Source: the human T2T-CHM13v2.0 reference genome, Homo sapiens. From it: 64,000 nucleotides of DNA. Location of the stretch: assembly GCF_009914755.1 (NCBI RefSeq), contig NC_060933.1. One strand, given 5' to 3'. Numbering within the stretch: position 1 is the stretch's first letter; the number at the start of each line of letters is the position of its first letter. This document shows positions 14,801 to 25,876 of the stretch, in pieces. Both the position numbers and the translations under genes were made by a program. The notes below the pieces were generated by a model. The model had not been told where the DNA came from, did no database searches, and saw nothing but the letters and a program-made list of their open reading frames with translations.

Positions 14801-17800
14801 ATTCCATTCCATTCCATTCCATTCCGGAAGATTCAATTCCATTGCATTCCATTCCATTCCATTCCCCTGTACTCGCGTTGATTCCATTCCATTCCATTCC
14901 ATTCCATTCCATTCCGTTCCGTTCAATTCCATTCCATTCCATTCCATTCCATTCCATTCCATTCCGTTCCGTTCCATTCCATTCCATTCCATTCCATTCT
15001 ATTCGGGTTAATTCCATTCCATTCCATTCGATTGCAATCGAGTTGATTCCATTCCATTCCATTCCATTCCAGTCCTTTCCATTCCATTCCACTCGGGTTG
15101 ATTCCATTCTATTAGTTTCCATTCCATTCCATTCCCTTCCATTCCACTCTGGTTGATTCCATTCCTTTCCATTACACTCGAATACTTTCCCTCCTATTCC
15201 ACTCGGAACCATTCCATTCCATTCCATTCTATTCCATTCCATTCCATTCCATTCCATTTCGTTCCATTCCATTCTATTCCGTATCATTCCATTCCTTTCC
15301 ATTCCATTCCATTCCATTCCATTCCATTGTACTCCGGTTGATTCCATTCCATTGCATTCCATTCCATTCCATTCCATTCCATTCCGTTGCATTCCATTCC
15401 ATTACATTCGGATTGATTCTATTCAGCTCCCTTACTCTCCATTACATTCCATACCATTCGGGTTGTTCCCTTCCATTGCATTCCATTACACTCCATTCCA
15501 TTGCACTCGGGTTGATTCCATTCCATTCCATTCCATTCCATTCCATTCCGGATGATTCCATTGCATTGCATTCCGTTCCATTACATTCCCCTGCACTCGC
15601 GTTGATTCCATTCCTTTCCATTCCATTCCATTCAATTTCATTCCATTACAATTCGTTCCATTCCATTCTATGCCGTACCATTCCATTCCATTCCATTCCA
15701 ATCGAGTTGATTCCATTCCATTCCATTCCATTCCATTCCACTCCATTCCAGTCCTTTCCATTCCATTCCACTCGGGTTGATTCCAATGTATTCCTTTCCA
15801 TTCCATTCCATTCCATTGCATTCCGTTCCATTACATTCCCCTGCACTCACGTTGATTCCATTCCATTCCATTCCATTCCATTCAATTCCATTCCATTACA
15901 ATTCGTTCCATTCCATTCTATTCCGTACCATTCCATTCCATTCCATTCCAATCGAGTTGATTCCGTTCCATTCCATTCCATTCCATTCCACTCCATTCCA
16001 GTCCTTTCCATTCCATTCCACTCAGGGTGATTCCAATGTATTCCTTTCCATTCCATTCCATTCCATTGCAATCGAGTTGATTCCATTGCTTTGCATTCCA
16101 TTCCATTCCATTCCATTCCGGATGATTCCATTCCATTGCATTCCATTCCATTCCATTCCCCTGCACTCGGGTTGATTCCATTCAATTCCACTCCATTCCG
16201 TACCATTCCATTCCATTCCATTCCATTGTATTCGGGTTAATTCCATTCCATTCCATTCCATTCCATTCCATTCCATTCCATTCCATTCCATTGCAATCGT
16301 GTTGATTCCATTCCATTTCATTCCATTCCATTCCATTCCATTCCATTCCAATCGAGTTGATTCCATTCCATTTCATTCCATTTCATTCCATTCCATTCCA
16401 TTCCAGTCCTTTCCATTCCATTCCACTGGGGTTGATTCCATTCTATTAGTTTCCATTCCATTCCATTCTCTTCCATTCCACTCTGGGTGATTCCATTCCT
16501 TTCCATTCCTCTCGAATACATTCCCTCCTATTCTACTCGGAAAGATTCCATTCCATTCCATTCCATTCCATTCCATTCCATTCCATTCCATTCCATTCCA
16601 TTCCATTTCGTTCCATTCCATTCTGTTCCGTATCATTCCATTCCATTCCATTCCATTCCCTTCCATTCCATTCCATTACATTCCACTCGTGTTGATTCCA
16701 TTCCTTTCCATTCCATTCGGTTTGAAGGCATTCCATTCCATTCCATTCCATTCCATTCCATTCCATTCCATTGTACTCGGGTTGATTCTATTCCATTGCA
16801 TTCCATTCCATTCCAATCCGTTGCATTCCATTCCATTACATTCGGATTGATTCTATTCAACTCCCTTACTCTCCATTACATTCCATTCCATTCGTGTTGT
16901 TCCATTCCATTCCATTCCATTCCATTCCACTCCATTCCATTGCACTCGGGTTGATTCCATTCTATTCCATTCCATTCCATTCCATTCCGGATGATTCCGT
17001 TCCATTGCATTCCGTTCCATTACATTCCCCTCCACTCGCGTTGATTCCATTTCATTCCATTCCATTCCATTCCATTCAATTCCATTCTATTACAATTCGT
17101 TCCATTCCATTCTATTCCGTACCATTCCATTCCATTCCATACCATTCCATTCCATTCCATTCCATTCCTTTCCGTTCCGTTCCATTCCGTTCCATTCCAT
17201 TCCATTCCATTCCATTCCATTGCAATCGAGTTGAATCCATTGTATTTCATTCCATTCCATTCCATTCCATTCCATTCAGGAAGATTCCATTCCATTGCAT
17301 TCCATTCCATTCCATTCCCCTGCACTCGCGTTGATTCCATTCCATTCCATTGCATTCCGTTCCGTTCCGTTCCATTTCATTCCATTCCATTCCATTCCAT
17401 TCCATTCCGTTCCGTTCCATTCCATTCCATTCCATTCTATTCGGGTTAATTCCATTCCATTCCATTCGATTGCAATCGAGTTGATTCCATTCCATTCCAT
17501 TCCATTCCGTTCCGGATGATTCCATTCTATTGCATTCCATTCCATTCCATTCCCCTGCAGTCGGGTTGATTCCATTCCATTCCATTGCATTCCATTCCGT
17601 TCCATTCCATTCCATTCCATTCTATTCGGGTAAATTCCATTCCATTCCTTTCCATTCCATTCCATTCGATTGCAATCGAGTTGATTCCATTCCATTCCAT
17701 TCCATTCCATTCCACTCCATTCCAGTCCTTTCCATTCCATTACACTCGGGTTGATTCCGTTCTATTCCTTTCCATTCCATTCCATTCCATTGCAATCGAG

Positions 17801-18950
17801 TTGATTCCATTGCTTTGCATTCCATTCCATTCCATTCCATTACGGATGATTCCATTCCATTGCATTCCATTCCATTCCATTCCCCTGCACTCGGGTTGAT
17901 TCCATTCCATTCCACTCCATTCCGTTCCATTCTAGTCCATTCCATTGTATTCGGGTTAATTCCATTCCATTCCATTCCATTCCATTCCATTCCATTACAA
18001 TGTAGTTGATTCCATTCAATTCCATTCCATTCCATTCCATTCCATTCCTTTCCATTCCATTCCACTCGGGTTGATTCCATTCTATTAGTTTCCATTCCAT
18101 TCCATTCCCTTCCATTCCAATCTGGTTGATTCCATTCCTTTCCATTCCACTCGAATACATTCCCTCCTATTCCACTCAGAACGATTCCATTCCATTCCAT
18201 TCTATTCCATTCCATTCCATTCCATTCCATTCCAGTTCGTTCCATTCCATTCTATTCCGTACCATTCTATTCCATTCCATTCCTTTCCATTCCATTCCAT
18301 TCCACTCGTGGTGATTCCATTCCTTTCCATTCCATTCGGTTTGAAGGCATTCCATTCCATTCAATTCCATTCCATTTCATTCCATTCCATTCCATTCCAT
18401 TCCATTCCATTCCATTGTACTCGAGTTGATTCCATTCCATTGCATTCCATTCCATTCCATTCCATTCCATTCCGTTGCATTCCATTCCATTACATTCGGA
18501 TTGATTCTATTCAACTCCCTTACTCTCCATTACATTCCATTCCATTCAGGTTGTTCCATTCCATTCCATTCCGTTCCACTCCATTCCATTGCACTCGGGT
18601 TGATTCCATTCCATTCCATTCCATTCCATTCCATTCCGGATGATTCCATTCCATTGCATTCCGTTCCATTACATTCCCCTGCACTCGCGTTGATTCCATT
18701 CCATTCCATTCCATTCCATTCCATTCCATTCAATTCCATTCCATTGCAATTCGTTCCATTCCATTCTATTCCGTACCATTCCATTCCATTCCATACCATT
18801 CCATTCCATTCCATTCCATTCCGTTCCGTTCTGTTCCTTTCCATTCCATTCCATTCTATTCGGATTAATTCCATTCCATTCCATTCCATTCCATTCCATT
18901 CTATTCCATTCCATTGCAATCGAGTTGTATCCATTGCATTTCATTCCATT
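11850..18950 (+). repeat. ~2.9 kb direct duplication at ~4.2 kb spacing (~11850-14800 vs ~16060-18950)
   Basis: Shared private variants: CTGGGTGATT ~12311/~16483, CTATTCTACTCGG ~12356/~16527, CATTCTAGTCC 13741/~17928, ACAATGTAGTTG ~13805/~17997, GTGGTGATTC 14111/~18308, GTTCTGTTCCTTTCC 14681/~18828. Confidence 0.85.
15571..16070 (+). repeat. 250-bp tandem duplication
   Basis: TTCCGTTCCATTACATTCCCCTGC at 15571/15821 and TTCCAATGTATTCC at 15781/16031. Confidence 0.85.
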
Positions 18951-21389
18951 CCATTCCATTCCATTCCATTCCATTCCATTCCATTCCGGAAGATTCCATT
19001 CCATTCCATTCCATTCCACTCGTGTTGATTCCATTCCTTTCCATTCCATTCGGTTTGAAGGCATTCCATTCCATTCCATTCCATTCCATTCCATTCCATT
19101 CCATTCCATTGTACTCGGGTTGATTCCATTCCATTGCATTCCATCCCATTCCATTCCATTCCAATCCGTTGCATTCCATTCCATTACATTCGGATTGATT
19201 CTATTCAACTCCCTTACTCTCCATTACATTCCATTCCATTCGGGTTGTTCCATTCCATTCCATTCCATTCCACTCCATTCCATTGCACTCGGGTTGATTC
19301 CATTCCTTTCCATTCCATTCCATTCCATTCCGGATGTTTCCATTCCATTGCATTCCGTTCCATTACATTCCCCTGCACTCGCGTTGATTCCATTCCATTC
19401 CATTCCATTCCATTCCATTCAATTCCATTCCATTACAATTCGTTCCATTCCATTCTATTCCGTACCATTCCATTCCATTCCATACCATTCCATTCCATTC
19501 CATTCCATTCTATTCCATTTCGTTCCATTCCGTTCCATTCCATTCCATTCCATTCTATTCGGGTTAATTCCATTCCATTCCATTCCATTCCATTGCATTC
19601 CATTCCATTCCAATCTATTCCATTCCATTGCAATCGAGTTGAATCCATTGCATTTCATTCCATTCCATTCCATTCAATTCCATTGCAATCGAGTTGAATC
19701 TATTGCATTTCATTCCATTCCATTCCATTCCATTCCATTCCGGAAGATTCCATTCCATTGCATTCCATTACATTCCATTCCCCTGCACTCGCGTTGATTC
19801 CATTCCATTCCATTCCATTCCATTGCATTCCATTGCATTCCATTCCCCTGCACTCAGGTTGATTCCATTCCATTCCATTCCATTCCATTCCATTCCATTC
19901 CTTTCTATTCGCGTTAATTCCATTCCACTCCATTCCATTACATTCCATTGCAATCGACTTGATTCCATTCCATTCCATTCCATTCCATTCAAGTCCTTTC
20001 CATTCCATTCCACTCGTGTTGATTCCATTTTATTAGTTTCCATTCCATTCCATTCCCTTCCATTCCACTCTGGTTGATTCCATTCCTTTCCATTCCACTC
20101 GAATTCATTCCCTTCTATTCCACTCGGAATGATTCCATTCTATTCCGTTCCATTCCATTCCATTTCGTTCCATTCCATTTTATTCCGTACCATTCCATTC
20201 CATTCCATTCCATTCCATTACATTCCATTCCATTCCATTCCATGCCATTCCACTCGGGTTGATTCCATTGCTTTCCATTCCATTTGGGTTGAATCCATTC
20301 CATTCCATTCCATTCCATTCCATTCCATTCCATTCCATTCCATTCAATTGCACTAGGTTTGATTCCATTCCACTGCATTCCATTCCATTCCATTCCATTC
20401 CATTCCATTCCATTCCATTCCATTCCATTCCCCTGCACTCGGGTTCATTCCATTCCATTCCATTTACTTCCATTCCATTCCATTCCATTCCATTCCATTC
20501 CATGCCATTCCACTCGCGTTGATTCCATTCCCTTCCATTCCATTAGAGTTGAATCCATTCCATTCCATTCCATTCCATTATATTCCATTGCACACGGGTT
20601 CATTCCATTCCATTCTATTCCATTCCCTTACATTCCATTTCGTTACATTCCATTCTATTCCGTACCATTCCATTCCATTCCATTCCATTCCATTCCACTC
20701 CATTCCATGCCATTCCACTCGGGTATATTCCATTCCTTTTAATTCCATTCGGGTTGAATCCATTCCATTCCATTCCATTCGGTTCCATTACATTGCACTC
20801 GGGTTGATTCCATTCCATTCCATTCCATTACATTTCATTCCATTCCATTCCATTCCATTTCATTCAATTCCATTCCATTCCATGCCATTCCACTCTTGTT
20901 GATTCCATTCCTTTCCATTCCATTACATTTCATTCCATTCCATTCCATTCCATTTCATTCAATTCCATTCCATTCCATGCCATTCCACTCGTGTTGATTC
21001 CATTCCTTTCCATTCCATTCGAGTTGAACCCATTCCATTCCATTCCATTCCATTCCATTCCATTCCATTCCGTTCCATTCCATTGCACGCGGGTTCATTC
21101 CATTCCATTCCGTTCCATTACATTCCATTCCATTCCATTCCATTCCATTACATTCCATTTCGTTCCATTCCATTCTATTCCGTACGATTCCATTGCATTC
21201 CATTCCATTCCATTCCTTTCCATTCCATTGAATTCGAGTTGATTCCATTCCATTCCGTTCCATTCCATTCCATTCCATTCCGGATGATTCCATTCCACTG
21301 CATTCCATTCCATTAAATTCCCCTGCACTTGGAGTGATTCCTTTCCATTCTATTCCATTCCATTCCATTCCATTCCATTCCATTCCATT

Positions 21390-22450
21390 TCATTGCAATC
21401 GAGTTGATTCCATTGCATTCCATTCCATTCCATTCCAGTCCTTTCCATTCCATTCCACTCGGGTTGATTCCATTCTATTCCTTTCCATTCCATTCAATTC
21501 CATTCCATTCCACTCTGGTTGATACCATTCCTCTTCATTCCACTCGAAAACATTCCCTTCTATTCCACTCGGAATGATTCCATTCCATTCCATTCCATTC
21601 CATTCCATTCCATTCCATTCCGTTTCGTTCCATTACATTCTATTCCGTACCATTCCACTCCATTCCATTCCATTCCATTCCATGCCATTCCTCTCGGGTT
21701 GATTCCATTCCTTTCCATTCCATTCGGGTTGAATCCATTCCATTCCATTCCTTTCCATTCCATTCCATTCCATTGCACTCGGGTTGATTCCATTCCATTC
21801 CATTCCATTCCATTCCATTCCATTTCCTTCCATTCCATTCCATTCCATTCCGTTCCATGCCATTCCACTCGGGTTGATTCCATTCCTTTCCATTCCATTC
21901 GAGTTGAATCCATTCCATTCCATTATATTCCATTCCATTCTATTCCATTCCATTCCTTTCCATTCCATTCAATTCCATTCTATTCCGGTTAATTCCATTC
22001 CATTCCATTCCATTCCATTCCATTCCATTTCATTGCAATCGAGTTGATTCCATTGCATTCCATTCCATTCCATTCCAGTCCTTTCCATTCCATTCCACTC
22101 GGGTTGATTCCATTCTATTCCTTTCCATTACATTCGATTGCATTCCATTCCACTCGATTCCATTCCATTCCACTCTGGTTGATTCCATTCCTTTTCATTC
22201 CACTCGAAAACATTCCCTTCTATTCCACTCGGAATGATTCCATTCCATTCCATTCCATTCCATTCCATTTCGTTCTATTACATTCTATTCTGTACCATTC
22301 CACTCCATTCCATTCCATTCCATTCCATGCCATTCCTCTCGGGTTGATTCCATTCCTTTCCATTCCATTCGGGTTGAGTCCATTCCATTCCATTCCTTTC
22401 CATTCCATTCCATTCCATTGCACTCGGGTTGATTCCATTCCATTCCATTC
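21390..22450 (+). repeat. ~400-bp segment repeated at ~650 bp spacing
   Basis: CATTGCAATCGAGTTGATTCCATTGC at 21391/22031 and CACTCGAAAACATTCCCTTC at 21541/22201. Confidence 0.8.
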
Positions 22451-23850
22451 CGTTCCATTCCGGATGACTCCATTCCATTGCATTCCATTCCATTCCATTC
22501 CCCTGCACTCGGTTTCATTACATTCCATTCCATTCCATTCCATTCCATTCCATTCCATTCCATTCCGTTCCATTCCATTTCAATCGAGTTGATTCCATTC
22601 CATTCCATTCCATTCCATTCAATTCCGAATGATGTCATTCCATTGCCTTCCATTCCATTCCATTCCCCTGCACTCGGGTTGATTCCATTCCATTCCATTC
22701 CATCCCATTCCATTCCATTCCATTCCATTCCATTTCGTTCCATTCCATTCTATTCCGTACCATTCCATTCCATTCCATTCCATTCCCTTCCATTCCATTC
22801 CATTTCCTTCCATTCCATTCCATTCCATTCCATTCCATTCCATTCCATTCCATTCTATTAGGGTTAATTCCATTCCATTCCATTCCATTCCATGCCATTC
22901 CACTCGGGTTGATTCCATTCCTTTCCATTCCATTCGAGTTGAATCCATTCCATTCCATTCCATTCCATTCCATTCCATTGCACACGGGTTCATTTCATTC
23001 CATTCCATTCCATTCCATTTCGTTCCATTCCATTCTATTCCATAACATTCCATTCCATTCCATTCCATTAGACTCCATTCCATGCCATTCCACTCGGTTT
23101 TATTCCATTCGTTTCCATTCCATTCGGGTTGAATCCATTGCATTCCATTCCATTCGATTCCATTACATTGCACTCGTGTTGTTTCCATTCCATTCCATTC
23201 CATTCCATTCCATTCCATTCCATTCCATTCCATTCCATTTCGTTCCATTCCATTCTATTCGGTACCATTCCATTCCATTCCATTCGGTACCATTCCATTC
23301 CATTCCAATCCATTCCATTCCATGCCATTCCACTTGGGTTGATTCCCTTCCTTTCCATTCCATTCGGGTTGAATCCATTCCATTCCATTCCATTCCATTC
23401 CATTCCATTCCATTCCATTCCTTTCAATTCCATTACACACGGGTTGGTTCCATTCCATTCCTTTCCGTTCCATTCCGGATGACTCCATTTCATTGCATTC
23501 CATTCCATTCCATTCCCCTGCACTCGGGTTCATTACCTTCCATTCCATTTACTTCCATTCCATTCCATTCCATTCTATTCGGGTTAATTCCATTCCATTC
23601 CATTCCATTCCATTCCATTCCATTCCATTCCATTCCATTCCATTCCATTGCAATCGAGTTGATTCCATTCCATTCCATTCAATTCCGGATGATTCCATTC
23701 CATTGCCTTCAATTCCATTCCATTCCCCTGCACTCGGGTTGATTCCATTCCATTCCATTCCATTCCATTCCATTCCATTCCATTTCATTCCATTCCATTT
23801 CGTTCCTTTCCATTCTATTCCGTACCATTCCATTCCATTCCATTCCATGC
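21845..23850 (+). repeat. Copy 2 of the ~21.6 kb-offset duplication, lacking a 120-bp module
   Basis: Collinear with 230-2340. The module at ~1580-1700 (GAGTCGAACCC...CACACGTGTT) is absent here. Confidence 0.9.
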
Positions 23851-25872
23851 CATTCCACTCGGGTTGATTCCATTCCTTTCCATTCCATTCGAGTTGAATC
23901 CATTCCAATCCATTCCATTCCATTCGATTCCATTCCATTGCACACGGGTTCATTCCATTCTATTCCATTCCATTCCATTCCATTCCATTCCATTTCGTTC
24001 CATTCCATTCTATTCCGTACCATTCCATTCCATTCCATTCCATTCCATTCCACTCCACTTCATGCCATTCCACTCGGGTTTATTCCATTCCTTTCCATTC
24101 CATTCGGGTTGAATCCATTCCATTCCATTCCATTCCATTCGATTCCATTACTTTGCACTCGGGTTGATTCCATTCCATTCCATTCCATTCCATTCCACTC
24201 CATTCCATGCCATTCCACGCGGGTTTATTCCATTCCTTTCCATTCCATTCGTGTTGAATCCATTCCATTCCATTCCATTCCATTCGATTCCATTACACTG
24301 CACTCGTGTTGATTCCATTCCATTCCGTTCCATTCCATTCCATTCCATTCCATTTCATTCCATTCCATTCTATTCTGTACCATTCCATTCCATTCCATTC
24401 CATTCCATTCCATTCCATGCCATTCCACTCGGGTTGATTCCATTGCTTTCCATTCCATTTGAGTTGAATCCAATCCATTCCATTCCATTCCATTCCATTC
24501 CATTCCATTCCATTCCATTCCATTGCACTATGTTTGATTCCATTCCACTGCATTCCATTCCATTCCCTTCCGTTCCATTCCATTCCATTACATTCGGATT
24601 GATTGTATTCAATTCCCTTACACTCCATTACATTCCATTCCATTCTGGTTGTTTCCATTCCATTACATTCCATTCCACTCCATTCCATTGCACTCAGGTT
24701 GATTCCATTCCATTCCATTCCATTCCATTCCATTTCGTTCCATTCCATTCTATTCCGTACCATTCCATTCCATTCCATTCCATTCCATTCCATGCGATTC
24801 CACTCAGGTTTATTCCATTCCTTTCCATTCCATTCGGGTTGAATCCATTCCATTCCATTCCATTCCATTCCATTCCATTCCTTTGCACTCGGGTTGATTC
24901 CATTCCATTCCCTGCCATTCCATTTCATTCCATTCCATTCCATTCCATTCCATTCCATTCCATTCCATTCCTCTGCATTCTATTGCACTCGGGTTGATTG
25001 ATTCCATTCCATTGCATTCCATTCCATTCCATTCGATTCCATTCCATTCTGTTCAGGTTAATTCCATTCCATTCCATTCCCTTCCATTCCATTCCATTCC
25101 ATTCCATCCCATTGCAATCGAGGTGATTCCATTGCATTCCATTCCATTCCATTCCATTGCATTCCATTCCATTGCATTCCCCTGCACTCAGATTGATTCC
25201 ATTCCATTCCTTTCCATTCCATTCCGTTCCATTCCTTTCCATTCCATTCTATTTGCGTTAATTCCGTTCCATTCCATTCCATTACATTCCTTTGCAATCG
25301 AGTTGATTCCATTCCATTCCGTTCCATTCCATTCCATTCCATTCCATTCCATTCCATTCCATTCCATGCCATTCCACTCGGGTTGATTCCATTCCTTTCC
25401 ATTCCATTCGAGTTGAATCCATTCCATTCCATTCTATTCCATTCGATTCCATTCCATTGCTCACGTGTTCATTCCATTCCATTCCATTCCATTCCATTCC
25501 ATTCCATTCCATTCCATTCCATTCCATTTCGTTCCATTCCATTCTCTTCCGTAGTATTCCATTCCATTCCATTCCACTCCATTCCATGCCATTTCACTCG
25601 GGTTTATTCCATTCCTTTCCATTCCATTCGGGTTGAATTCATTCCATTCCATTCCATTCCATTCCATTCAATTCCATTACATTGCACTCGGGTTGATTCC
25701 ATTCCATTCCATTCCATTTCAATCCATTCCCTTCCATTCCATTTCTTTCCATTCCATTCCATTCCATTCCATTCCATTCCATTCCATGCCATTCCACTCG
25801 GGTTGATTCCATTCCTTTCCATTCCATTCTAGTTGAACCCATTCCATTCCATTCCATTCCATTCCATTGCAC

Positions 25873-25876
25873 ACGG
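25873..25876. other. Inversion breakpoint (strand-polarity switch) within the satellite
   Basis: Sequence reads ...ATTCCATTGCACACGG/AATGGAATGG... The left motif CATTGCACACGGGTTC (intact at ~1346 and ~23936) is cut after CACACGG and joins directly to GGAATG repeats. No foreign sequence is inserted. Confidence 0.95.

Larger units (their letters stand above)
2341..19850 (+). repeat. HSat3 dialect B domain 1 (working label)
   Basis: Diagnostic motifs are CATTCTTTCCATTCCATTCAAGTTG, CCCTGCAGTCGGG, GAATACATTCCCTCCTATTC, CAACTCCCTTACTCTCC, CACTCGCGTTG and ATTCCGGAAGATTCC. The right boundary is approximate. Confidence 0.72.
1..25874 (+). repeat. Satellite III (HSat3) array, CATTC-rich strand on +
   Basis: Continuous (CATTC)n with the interspersed decamer ACTCGGGTTG/ATTCGGGTTA and variants such as GCAATCGAGTTG and CCCCTGCACTCGGG. 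A pentamer plus this decamer is the classical Satellite III signature. Confidence 0.97.
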
